In this document: positions 31,701 to 41,028 of the stretch, piece after piece
How the letters are laid out: each line of letters begins with the position of its first letter
Position numbering within the stretch: position 1 is the stretch's first letter
The notes under the pieces: generated by a model
Databases searched by the model: none
Seen by the model: only the letters and a program-made list of their open reading frames with translations
What the model was told of the DNA's origin: nothing
Assembly: GCA_017983675.1 (NCBI GenBank)
Contig: JAGOAZ010000003.1
Span: forward strand, 34,719-98,718
Direction of reading: 5' to 3'
DNA length: 64,000 nt
Origin: Fluviicola sp.
Lineage (GTDB): Bacteria; Bacteroidota; Bacteroidia; Flavobacteriales_D; Crocinitomicaceae
Translations under genes and position numbers: made by a program

Positions 31701-34700
31701 TTTGGTAAAACTGTTGTACCAACTGTTTCAAACGGTGTACCTGCACCTACTGGAGAACCTCCTGTTGCAGCTGCATACCATTGAATTGTTGAAGGAACGA
31801 TTTTATTGTAAAAAATACCACCAACTAAAGCACTTGGCGTAGCATTTACACCAGTAAACAAACCTGTTAAACGTGTACCATTTGAGATTTTCACGTTATC
31901 ATTCGTATTTGTGTAGACCATTGGCACGTTTACTTGTGTATACGTGTACATTTTTACAAACACACCAATTGTAGTATAAGCAGGAATAATAACACTACTT
32001 CCTTGTGCTTGCAAATCCAAATAAACCATTGTGTTAGATAAAGTTGGATTTGTCGACACAACTGATGCATTTGTAAATGGAACTCCTAAAATTGAGTTTG
32101 GCCATGCAGAAGCTGTAGTAGCTGATCCAACATGTGTTCCTTGTTTCCAGTAGATATCTGCAGAAGCTGATGTAGTGTAGTATCTCCAAATTTGAATGGA
32201 ATCTAACGAGATTGCATTTTGACCTGTTGTGATATCAAACATAATACCTCCAGAAGTGTACGTTGTTCCACTTTGTGCAGACAATACATTTCCATTAGCA
32301 GTAGTAGAAACAGCAGCATTGATAATAGCAGTTGTATCACCGTTACATACATTCAAGTAGTTTGTTGGAACTGTTGGCGTAGCAGGTATAGTTGTGTTAG
32401 TAACAACTACAACTGTATCTGTAGCAATACAAATACCGTTAGATCCTGTAACAACATACGTATATGTTCCACCTGCAGTAGGAGTAATAGTTTGAGCAGC
32501 ACCAGTCAATGGAGCTGTAACACCTGAGTTTGTTGCTGTAACAGCATCCCAAGTAAAGCTATAAGCTGGAGTTGCAACAGAAGAAGCACCAACAGTTGTT
32601 GAATTGTTCAAACAAATGATTGTATCTGTAATTGTTGCAATAACAGGAGATGGAACTAATGAAGTAACCAACACCGGTGTTAATGGACTACTCACACAAC
32701 CGTTTGTTCCAATTTCATTTACATAGAATGTAGAAGTTGTTCCAACAGGAATTGTTAATGAGTCATTTCCAGCAATAACAGAAGCAGTTTTGATGACGAT
32801 ATCATCTAAAACTACACCACTAGCAATACCACCTGAACGTCCTTTGAATACATATGCCCAGTTTGCTTTGTTTGCATTCACGAATGCAGCTGGTAATTGA
32901 ACATTAGTAAATACTGCCGTACCATTGATTGTCATGTTGAAACGACCAATCGAGTCAATGTTCATTAAAACGTTAGCTGTATCAGCTTGCCATAATGCAT
33001 TGTTCGTATTGTCGTATGCTAACACACCTGTAGTTGTTGGTGTTTGTTCGTTAGTAGTTGAATTGTACATTAAGTACAAACCATTCGTACTTGCACCATT
33101 GGTGTAATAGTTGAAAGATACTTTCAATTTAGAACCTGTACCATTTTCTGCATTCATTGCTCCTTCTGGAGTAGCGACTACGTCGTCACCAAAAGAGAAA
33201 CTAACTCCATCAGCCATGTTACCAAGTGCACCTTGTGTAATCATTTTGAAACCAACTTGGTACTTGTTTGATGTTGCACCAGAAGCATTGATTCTCAATG
33301 CACCATATTGAGCAGTTGCATTTGCATACAATGTTAACTCGTTGTTTGTAGTATTTACAACTGTATTTCCAAATGCAGCAGCATTTGTTAATGTTGCAGT
33401 TGTAAAGTCATTTGAATAGTAGTTTGTCAAAGCTCCAAAGCTGTATGGTTGAGCTGGAGTTGTACCTGTACTATCTGTGTACCAGTTGAAAACTTGCGTC
33501 CCAGCTGTTCCAGAAGTAGCAGTTACGCTAGCTCCAGGCACTTGTAAACCACAGTGTGTACTTGCAGTTGCAGTAGGAGCACTTGGCAATGCCAATACGT
33601 TTACTGTAACGTTGTTGGAAGTTGAAGGACAACCAGAAACAATTAAGTTTGCATTGTATGTTGTAGTGGTTGTTGGGTTAACTGTTTGAGGATTATTTGA
33701 TCCAATTGAAGTTACGTTACCCACTTCAAACCAGTTTACACCATTTGGTGCACCTGCCATACTGATAGCGTACTCTTCGTATTCACCATAGAAAGATGTA
33801 GAAGAAGCAGAAGTAATCAATGTTTCCAAAGCTTGAACACGCATACGCGTTAAACCTGCTTGTGCACCAGCTGGCACTGTAAATGTTCCTGTTACTGTGT
33901 GCGGTCCAGAAGTAGTTGCAGTTGGTTGGTAAACCATTTCACCAGCATCAGCATAATCTCCATCACGGTTAAAATCAATGAAAATTGCCATAGAATTTAA
34001 ATAAAACGAACCTGTTGTCAATGATGACATAGAGATAGAATACTGTTGACCAGCAATCATTGCATATGGACCAAAAGCAGTAAAGTTAGAGTAACTTCCT
34101 GCAGTACCTGTTGCTGTACCAATCGTACCCACTAATGAGTTAATCGGAGTCGTATTGCTCAAGATAGTAGTTCCTGCAGCATCTTTTAACGTAATGTTAC
34201 CAAAGTCTTCATCTGCTGTAGGTGAACCCACTGATAATGCAGGATAATTTGTTGGTGCAGGACTAGGAGTAGAGTAATATGCAGTTAAAGCAACTGGTTG
34301 ACCTGCACAAGATGTTGTATTGTTTGCACTGATAGAAGCAGTAGCACCCAACCATGGATCATCTTGGTAAGGAGTACCTACGAATCCTGTAACGAAAGCA
34401 GCTGAGTTAGTTGCTTGAATATCCCAAGTTACTGTAGCATTTGAAGGCGTAACTACTGGAATAGTACCAGCCCAGTCATTACCTGTTGTGTTTGCCATTG
34501 TAATTGGTGTTTGCGCAACACCGTTCACTGCATAGTTCAATACAGCACCAGTAATTGTACCAGCGTTTGTTGTAATTGCAGCAGTAATAACACGTGCAGT
34601 AGTTGTACATTGTACAGCAGCAGGAACGAATGATGTAAAGTTAATTACTGGAGCAGGAGTTGTTCCAGCGAACTCATCAGCACCAATGTCGTAACGGTTA

Positions 34701-37462
34701 CCTGTTCCAACATATCCTGTATTCCCAGCACGTGTTTGACCGTCGAAGTCAGTTGAATAGTTTGTTAAAACTTGTCCACCACTTTCTGCTAAAGTTACTG
34801 TTGCAGGGTCAATGTGTAAGTAGTTTACGTTTGCAGGTGTTGTACTTAAATAAGTAGGAGCAAAGCTGAATGATTGTGCATCAGCAACAGCAATACCAGC
34901 TTGCATGTTTGCAAGTGTTTGGAAAGCTGAAGCAGGAGCAGCACCGTTGTACGTTAAATTAGTTGCACTTGGTGTACCAACAAAGAATATGTTGTTATTT
35001 GATGTAGTCAAATAATTGTTATTATTTGTTGCATTTGCATTTTGGATTGCTGCTGTTTTTGCAGTACCTGTAGCAGTTGACGTATTGTGGATGATGTTAT
35101 TTCTAAAATCACCAAATGACGTAGCTGAGTTCAAATACAATCCTGCAGTTCCAAAGTTAGCACCTGTACTCGTTGAATTTAAGTATACAGTATTGTTGTA
35201 TGCTTTCAACGTACCCCCAGTATTGTAAATACCATAAATGGATGCTGGAGTAGTAGATGTCATTGCACCTGTAGCTTTCAAATCACCGATGTAGTTGTTG
35301 TGAACCAAATAAGTGTTTGAACCAGTGTAAACACCATAAATTTTACCAGTTGTCCCAGCGTATGAGATATTAGCAAATTTATTTTTGTACACTCGGTATT
35401 CAGACTGACCACCAGAAGCTGCATACACTCCGTACATTGAAAGTGTAGAAGCCGTGTTTGCGTTGGTAATATTTGTAACAGTATTATTGTACACGTCTAC
35501 TGAAGGACCTTGAGAAGGACTTGTCAAGTAAAAGAAGTAACTAGTACCATTGTACGTAATGTTGTTAAATACATTGTTGTACATAGATGAACCAGTAGTT
35601 GTTCCACCAGTACCCCAATAGTAACCATAGACACCATACATCGTACCTGTACCTAACCAAGTAATGTTTTCAAACGTATTGTTGAAAATATTTTTTTGAA
35701 CATAAGCACCAGATGCTTGGTATCCACCAAAATCATATACAACATACATTGATCCAGATCCTGCAGCTGCCGTAATAATGTTTGACAAGTTGTTATTAGA
35801 AACTGTTTGAATACATGTTGATGCATCAGCACCTGTTAAGTATAACCAATAAATTGAACCATTCGCTATTGGTTTATTAAATGCTGTAACAATTGAATTG
35901 TTATTACAATTAGAAACAAGTGTATTCGCATTTGCATTATAGAAACCATAAATCGTACCAGTCGCATTGATGGTCAAGTTATTCAATTGGTTATTATTCA
36001 TATTAGTACTTCCAACAGTTGCAGAAGTATAAAAGAAATAAAATGTTGTAGTACCAGCAAATGAATGCGTAATGTTTGCTAAGATGTTGTTGTTAATATT
36101 AACAGTAGCATTCGCTCCACCACCATTGTTACGAACAAAATAGAAAGTTCCACCTTGAGCAGTAGCCTTATTGAACGTTTGGCTCAATGAGTTACCGTTC
36201 ATATTAATTGTACCGTTACATGAACCTGTATTGTAAAGTAACGAATAAGAGGTTGTTGCAGCTCTAGATTTGTTATTTACAAAGTTATTACCGTTCATGT
36301 TCAAATTGAATGCATTAGCAGTATTATAAATCCCATAAAAAGTATGAGAAGTTGCTAAGTCATTTGTACAGTCAGTAATCAAGTTGTTATTGATATTAAG
36401 CGTATTTGAAGTACCAGCACCTGCTGTACATTCAATTGCAGAAACCTGAGTTGTCGTTCCGTTAAATTTCAATGAAACCGTATTGTTGTTTACATTGATA
36501 TCACTGTTGTTACCTCCACCATTTAAAAAGATACCTCTTAAAGTAACGATATGGTTCACACCAGCTCCAGTAGGATTGTTGTCAATCGTGTTGTAAGAAA
36601 CATTAGTTGCCCATTGATTACGAGCAATCACACCAACAGAAGGATTAGTTGCTGAAGCAGCACCACCAAAGTTGATAATTGTGTTTCCTGTTGTTAATGA
36701 TGTACCTCCAACGTCGTTTCCAGTATCAACTAAAACATATGGTGAAGGAGTAGCAAAACCAAATAAAGCAATACCAGTATTAGCATTGTCAATTGTGTTG
36801 CTGTAAAATTTGTTGTTTGAATTAGTCCCTGATACAGCTGTAGGCGTAATTGCAGCAATTGCATTCGCAGCACTGTTCAAGGTAATAATTCCCACTGAAC
36901 CGTCAGGCCCTGGAGTTGTCCAAGCTGTGTTTTGAAGACGGTTTAATGTGATGTAACAATTCTTAATTGTATTGTTTTGACATCCGTCTGTATCACTTGC
37001 AGCGAACAAACCATAACCAAATTCCATAACTGAAAGTGCCGATGTATTTGCACTGCTTTCAGTTAAGTTAATTCCATCAATTGTGACATAGTCACTTCCT
37101 GATAGAACAAAAAATCCATCAGCAATGGAAGAAGGAGTTGCGTTTGTTCCTACATAAGATGTAAGAACAGGATTGGCTCCTGTACCATTTTTTTGGATGA
37201 CGATTGGATTGGCTGCTGTACCTGTAGCAGTCATCACAATACGTGCGGTAAGTGTCTCTGTGTATCCCGCAGGAACATTCAAAGTTACACCACCTGCGCC
37301 GACACCATTCGTGTTCACATCTGTAACAAAAGCTGTAATTGACGCATAGTCAGTTGGGATGGTTTTAACCCCACTGACCTGTGCAAATAAGCCCTTGAAA
37401 AGAAACACAAAGGCGAAAGCAGCTAAATGCTTTAAGCGCCATAGACTCGTAAATTTCTTCAT
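28742..37462 (-). CDS. Giant (2,906 aa) secreted protein with beta-helix region, GEVED-like, lectin-like and FN3-like domains and a T9SS type A C-terminal domain
   Basis: Signal peptide; Asn/Thr-rich repeats; FIDFNRDGDY...GLTRMRV...YGEYEEY (GEVED-like); ADGVSFSFG; C-terminal VEVYPNPTNG...GVYFIQL. Confidence 0.85.
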   Translation of the reverse strand: MKKFTSLWRLKHLAAFAFVFLFKGLFAQVSGVKTIPTDYASITAFVTDVNTNGVGAGGVTLNVPAGYTETLTARIVMTATGTAANPIVIQKNGTGANPVLTSYVGTNATPSSIADGFFVLSGSDYVTIDGINLTESSANTSALSVMEFGYGLFAASDTDGCQNNTIKNCYITLNRLQNTAWTTPGPDGSVGIITLNSAANAIAAITPTAVSGTNSNNKFYSNTIDNANTGIALFGFATPSPYVLVDTGNDVGGTSLTTGNTIINFGGAASATNPSVGVIARNQWATNVSYNTIDNNPTGAGVNHIVTLRGIFLNGGGNNSDINVNNNTVSLKFNGTTTQVSAIECTAGAGTSNTLNINNNLITDCTNDLATSHTFYGIYNTANAFNLNMNGNNFVNNKSRAATTSYSLLYNTGSCNGTINMNGNSLSQTFNKATAQGGTFYFVRNNGGGANATVNINNNILANITHSFAGTTTFYFFYTSATVGSTNMNNNQLNNLTINATGTIYGFYNANANTLVSNCNNNSIVTAFNKPIANGSIYWLYLTGADASTCIQTVSNNNLSNIITAAAGSGSMYVVYDFGGYQASGAYVQKNIFNNTFENITWLGTGTMYGVYGYYWGTGGTTTGSSMYNNVFNNITYNGTSYFFYLTSPSQGPSVDVYNNTVTNITNANTASTLSMYGVYAASGGQSEYRVYKNKFANISYAGTTGKIYGVYTGSNTYLVHNNYIGDLKATGAMTSTTPASIYGIYNTGGTLKAYNNTVYLNSTSTGANFGTAGLYLNSATSFGDFRNNIIHNTSTATGTAKTAAIQNANATNNNNYLTTSNNNIFFVGTPSATNLTYNGAAPASAFQTLANMQAGIAVADAQSFSFAPTYLSTTPANVNYLHIDPATVTLAESGGQVLTNYSTDFDGQTRAGNTGYVGTGNRYDIGADEFAGTTPAPVINFTSFVPAAVQCTTTARVITAAITTNAGTITGAVLNYAVNGVAQTPITMANTTGNDWAGTIPVVTPSNATVTWDIQATNSAAFVTGFVGTPYQDDPWLGATASISANNTTSCAGQPVALTAYYSTPSPAPTNYPALSVGSPTADEDFGNITLKDAAGTTILSNTTPINSLVGTIGTATGTAGSYSNFTAFGPYAMIAGQQYSISMSSLTTGSFYLNSMAIFIDFNRDGDYADAGEMVYQPTATTSGPHTVTGTFTVPAGAQAGLTRMRVQALETLITSASSTSFYGEYEEYAISMAGAPNGVNWFEVGNVTSIGSNNPQTVNPTTTTTYNANLIVSGCPSTSNNVTVNVLALPSAPTATASTHCGLQVPGASVTATSGTAGTQVFNWYTDSTGTTPAQPYSFGALTNYYSNDFTTATLTNAAAFGNTVVNTTNNELTLYANATAQYGALRINASGATSNKYQVGFKMITQGALGNMADGVSFSFGDDVVATPEGAMNAENGTGSKLKVSFNYYTNGASTNGLYLMYNSTTNEQTPTTTGVLAYDNTNNALWQADTANVLMNIDSIGRFNMTINGTAVFTNVQLPAAFVNANKANWAYVFKGRSGGIASGVVLDDIVIKTASVIAGNDSLTIPVGTTSTFYVNEIGTNGCVSSPLTPVLVTSLVPSPVIATITDTIICLNNSTTVGASSVATPAYSFTWDAVTATNSGVTAPLTGAAQTITPTAGGTYTYVVTGSNGICIATDTVVVVTNTTIPATPTVPTNYLNVCNGDTTAIINAAVSTTANGNVLSAQSGTTYTSGGIMFDITTGQNAISLDSIQIWRYYTTSASADIYWKQGTHVGSATTASAWPNSILGVPFTNASVVSTNPTLSNTMVYLDLQAQGSSVIIPAYTTIGVFVKMYTYTQVNVPMVYTNTNDNVKISNGTRLTGLFTGVNATPSALVGGIFYNKIVPSTIQWYAAATGGSPVGAGTPFETVGTTVLPNTTTNGAYPFYAGALSEGCQSAARTLVTVNVAPVNAVLTPVNVTCNGGDNGSFTLGTVACGTGPFTYQVTPTPTGQTAGTFNAIPTNLTAGTYSIVMQDALGNQSAPIVITVTQPAPPANLIATNVNYFTADLSWSTTGNETSWVINYSTVGGTPMTDTATGVTNYNFTGLSANTFYNVTVTAICGNNAIPSATYTFNTDPGFLAWDNSCGPGFIDISSTGTQIQGITDDSEFGLTLPWPWLIGGTTVNTVTIGNNGGVLFNTLTGAVGYTATGNGLFPFVQDLATITNGGIYYQSIGTAPNRMFVIHWNNIANYGSATPANGATFEIVVMEATNEVYYLYGDLTMGNADDNGADAEVAMITPNGSAFVSMNTTTYFANNSCIHFYSALCPNVTNFSAVVDQTTASLDWNPGLYNETAWTVVYGPAGFDPSVAGQAIDTNNLTSSDDLITGLTQLTSYDVYIYSECTTDNLTSDGFFYNFTTLPYCAYPTNITAIASTDTLTVDWDWTAVDTTLYPAVDFNVTHVMMGNNVYAGTENSTGSPNEDLIVSDANLLAGGVYQVYVQAVCFSGDTSGYAGPFTVVMPVDNDTVCGAEMLSLNTNYMFNNTGATVSLDEINIAPPATGAQTTDGWINSTLNGTTWFKFVAPNSGSVRINSTGTNYNGQSAVYDVALCSDFNNNFDLLAANDNAIGGTSLAPNYTVCGLTPGNTYYIMHDGFTATAGNYAIKITEIVLEAGASNPVSDICYGDTINLYTTINNNELGGSWSAPLASSNASIYNDSLFTSTGLAYQTFNFEYRVVDGCAYDSIISQVKIFAPSNAGQDGTIIACRNEPVDLLSGLTVNADFGGNWFDPSNNALATSQVTTANFPGAYNFDYIVGNGVCPDDTANVVITVGTCNWLDITEETFAGVEVYPNPTNGVVFVAASMNAGNFSYEVTDANGRVIAEAINGVTAAATTSIDLSKVETGVYFIQLSNANAKKVYRIVVQ

Positions 37463-37684
37463 ACATTTATAATTTTAGTAACCACAAATATATATTTATA
37501 TCAATACAAACGCAACACGATTTACAAATTCATTGTGTTTGAATTACCATTTAAGTGCTGTGACCTTATATATGCACCCATTCTGTTATCAACAATAGTC
37601 TGTTAGCAATTGGTTTTTTCACTTCTTTATTAGGTAATGTTGAATATTTAACAACCTTTCGTTTTGAAGCATTATCTTTGTATC

Positions 37685-38473
37685 GTGGATTTACGATTAA
37701 CAAATAAAAGAGCCTTGGTTTGCGGGAGCACTCAAGGAATTGGTAAAGCAGTAGCGGAAGAATTGGCTGCGATGGGAGCTTCCATTGTATTGGTTGCACG
37801 AAACGAGGAAAAATTAAAAGCGGTTCAACAAGCGTTGCCAACTTCGGATACGCAAACGCATGAATATATTGCGGTTGATTTTTCGGATTACCATGCGGTC
37901 AAATCGGCAATTGCTGATTATTTGGCTTCGGGTAATTTGATTGATATTTTAATCAACAATACAGGCGGACCAAAAGGCGGGCCGATTATCGATGCAGACA
38001 TCACCGAATTTATCAATACGTTCAATCAACATTTGATTTGTAATCACTTATTGGTTCAGGCGCTCGTTCCTGGAATGAAAACTTTGGGCGGTGGTAGTAT
38101 CGTCAATATCATTTCGACGAGTGTCAAACAACCGCTTCCTGGATTAGGTGTTTCGAATACCATTCGCGGAGCAGTTGCTAGTTGGAGTAAATCGTTGGCA
38201 AATGAATTGGGCGGATTTAATATTCGTGTCAATAATGTATTGCCAGGCGCAACCAACACGATTCGTTTACAAGGAATTGCGGAAGCGAAGTCCGAAAAAA
38301 CAGGCGAACAAGTCGCTGACATTTTTAGTGACATGGCCAAAGAATCGCCGATGAAACGAATTGCTGAAGCGGAAGAAATTGCTGCTGCAGTTGCCTTTTT
38401 GGTTTCACCAGCTGCGAGTTACATCAATGGTATCAATGTACCTGTCGATGGCGGACGCACAAAATCGTTGTAA
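37685..38473 (+). CDS. Short-chain dehydrogenase/reductase
   Basis: GSTQGIG, LINNTGGP, SNTIR in place of YxxxK, NNVLPG, YINGINVPVDGG; GTG start at 37685 just after TATCTTTG. Confidence 0.9.
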   Translation: MDLRLTNKRALVCGSTQGIGKAVAEELAAMGASIVLVARNEEKLKAVQQALPTSDTQTHEYIAVDFSDYHAVKSAIADYLASGNLIDILINNTGGPKGGPIIDADITEFINTFNQHLICNHLLVQALVPGMKTLGGGSIVNIISTSVKQPLPGLGVSNTIRGAVASWSKSLANELGGFNIRVNNVLPGATNTIRLQGIAEAKSEKTGEQVADIFSDMAKESPMKRIAEAEEIAAAVAFLVSPAASYINGINVPVDGGRTKSL

Positions 38474-38521
38474 TACCTTAGTATATAAGGTAGGCTTTTT
38501 GACAACAAATATTAACAAGGA

Positions 38522-40906
38522 TTATTTTAAGATATTGACATGCCCATAAAGCGTGTTCTCTATCTTAGACTTGGTTGTGTAACTTACTTTGTAGGCATAA
38601 GTTCCATCCGGAATTAATTTCCCTTCGTATTTCCCATCCCAATGAAAAGAGACATCATTGGTTTCAAAAATGATTTCACCCCAACGGTTGAAAATTGTCG
38701 TAGTCATTTTTTCGATGTTGATCGTACTGATCCAAAACGTATTGTTGTAACGTCCTTCATCTGGCGTAAATGTATTTGGAATATACACCCAATACTCTTC
38801 TAAAATAATAAGCGGTTTTGTGATTGTATCGACACAGCCAGAAGCATTGGTTGCAATCAATGTAATGTAAAAAGTATCTGGAGTAAAATAGGTGTTTGAT
38901 GGATGAACCATTGTGGAAGTTGAACCATCGCCAAGATCCCATTGATAACTGACAGCACCTGTACTCAAGTTTTGGAAGGTTACGGGTAAATCTTCGAAGA
39001 ATGTTGAACTCAACGCAACGAAATCGGCATTTGGTTTGATAACCGTAACTGTTACATTACCATTGACAGTAAACGTTTGACATTCGTCCGAAACTTTCAC
39101 TAAGTAAGATGTTGTTACACCAGGAGAAACAGTAACCGAAGATGTTGTTTCACCCGAATGTGTCCACAAGTAAAAGTATTGCCCAAATCCACCTGTTGCA
39201 GTAGCAGCTATTGTCACTGGTTGAAACGGACAAATTTCTGGCGGATTATTCATTGTCACAACAAGTGGTGGACTCGTAATGGTATAGAAAACCGTATCTA
39301 TTTTGGTGTTGTTACAAAAATCTGTTACTTGAACGACATAAAATGTTGATGCACTAGGCGTAACAGTAATCAATGAATCCGTTGTTAAGACCATTCCATT
39401 TTGGTCCGTCCAACTATATTCGTATGAACCAGCACCTCCACTTGGAACAACGGATAAATCTTTTGCGACATAAGGGCAAATTTCAGTTATATCTGGAGTT
39501 GTGGAAATTGTAAGTGGAACAAACACAGGAACAGTTATGGTGCTACTTGCCGTTGCTGATTGATTCAAACAATCATCGGTAATAGTAACCGTAAAGGTTT
39601 GGGTACTTGTCGGATTAACAAATATCGAACTAGTGGTTGCGCCCGTATTCCATAAATACGTGTAAGGTCCAACACCACCAGCGGGAATTGCACTAATTTC
39701 AACATTTTCTCCTGGACAAGATAACGTAGAGGAATTAACAGTTACAGAAACGGGTTGAACGTCATTGATTTTTAAATTCAGTGTTACGGGAGTTGTTCCA
39801 CCACAGGGATCAGGAATTTGAAAAATGATATTTACTGTTTCCACCCCTTCAACCAATCCATCAGCAAGCGATGAGAAATTAAAACTTGTTTGTGCTTGAC
39901 CAGCTGGAAAAGTTATACTAGTTGGAATGGCCGTATAATCGATAGCAGTTGAAGCTGTTCCGGTAACTGTGATTGGTATTGTCAACGGGACATTTAAGTT
40001 TCCAGTATTTCGTTTTAGGTTAACAGTTGTTGTCACACAACCTTCTGCCATTGTTTGACCGTCTCCAAAAGCATCAAAAGATAAATCGTAATCGACTTCA
40101 ACAGGAACTTTCGAGCTCAAACTATTTGCTTGCAAGAAAATCCCAGAATCATAGATACCATCTAACGCATCGGCAATAGCAATAACCAAGTGATACGTTT
40201 GTCCACATTGTACTTTTGAAACAGCTTCTAATACTTTTGTAAAGCCATCGTATTGAATGTAAGTAGCGCTAGTATTATACGGATTTTCTCCACCATTTCC
40301 ATTGTATACAAAGTAATTTGCATTTGCAGGAGGGGTGTTTGGAGGGACACCATTGTTAACATTATTAATTGCAACGGTTTGTCCATTGGGTAATTTCGCT
40401 ATGTTTTGTAGTCCAACGATACCAGGACCAGAAATGAAAAACGCAAACACATCGTTAAAGTCTGAACCAACAAATTCGGGATATTCTTCTGAACCAAAGA
40501 CATATTTAAAACGAACAGTATCAGCGTAGGGTACAAAATCAAATTCAAGAATAGCTGCATTATAAGTTGCAATATTTCCTATTAAGTTTGATAATTGATT
40601 ATATCCACCGATACCGTTGTTAATACCAGAGGTGCCAGAATTATTTGGTCCGTGAGGGCCAGTTCCACCAGGAGCGATTGTCCCAGTTGTTATAACGATT
40701 CCTTCATCAATTCCTAAGTTCGTGTTTGCTCCATTGAAATAACCAATTGCATTGGGTGAACCTGAATAAAAAATATTGGAGACAGTAACTCCAGGCCCAA
40801 GCAACACATTTTGAACGAGTGAACTTGGGTTTTGAGAATTAGTTATTAATTGACCAACAACTTGTCGCGAAAAAAGAAGCACAAAAAGAACCAAGACATT
40901 TTTCAT
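38522..40906 (-). CDS. Choice-of-anchor L / Calx-like / PKD protein with T9SS type B C-terminal domain
   Basis: SLVQNVLLGPGV, ILEFDFVP, YVFGSEEYPEF, WDLGDG, YIPNTFTP...IFNRWGEIIF...GHVNILK; start MKNVLV at 40906. Confidence 0.85.
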   Translation of the reverse strand: MKNVLVLFVLLFSRQVVGQLITNSQNPSSLVQNVLLGPGVTVSNIFYSGSPNAIGYFNGANTNLGIDEGIVITTGTIAPGGTGPHGPNNSGTSGINNGIGGYNQLSNLIGNIATYNAAILEFDFVPYADTVRFKYVFGSEEYPEFVGSDFNDVFAFFISGPGIVGLQNIAKLPNGQTVAINNVNNGVPPNTPPANANYFVYNGNGGENPYNTSATYIQYDGFTKVLEAVSKVQCGQTYHLVIAIADALDGIYDSGIFLQANSLSSKVPVEVDYDLSFDAFGDGQTMAEGCVTTTVNLKRNTGNLNVPLTIPITVTGTASTAIDYTAIPTSITFPAGQAQTSFNFSSLADGLVEGVETVNIIFQIPDPCGGTTPVTLNLKINDVQPVSVTVNSSTLSCPGENVEISAIPAGGVGPYTYLWNTGATTSSIFVNPTSTQTFTVTITDDCLNQSATASSTITVPVFVPLTISTTPDITEICPYVAKDLSVVPSGGAGSYEYSWTDQNGMVLTTDSLITVTPSASTFYVVQVTDFCNNTKIDTVFYTITSPPLVVTMNNPPEICPFQPVTIAATATGGFGQYFYLWTHSGETTSSVTVSPGVTTSYLVKVSDECQTFTVNGNVTVTVIKPNADFVALSSTFFEDLPVTFQNLSTGAVSYQWDLGDGSTSTMVHPSNTYFTPDTFYITLIATNASGCVDTITKPLIILEEYWVYIPNTFTPDEGRYNNTFWISTINIEKMTTTIFNRWGEIIFETNDVSFHWDGKYEGKLIPDGTYAYKVSYTTKSKIENTLYGHVNILK

Positions 40907-41028
40907 GGTTTTAAAACGATAAAAAGAAAGAATCGTTGTTTGATTGTTCATGTACTTTGTTGTTGTAGTAATCTCTAATTTACACAAAATTAGTCTATTC
41001 GTGCTGAAAAGAAAAAAATTAACACATT

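Noticed and set aside
13733-40906. Several T9SS cargo genes with choice-of-anchor L/PKD domains as a dedicated system
   Set aside because: They are dispersed among housekeeping genes, and such paralogs are abundant in this lineage
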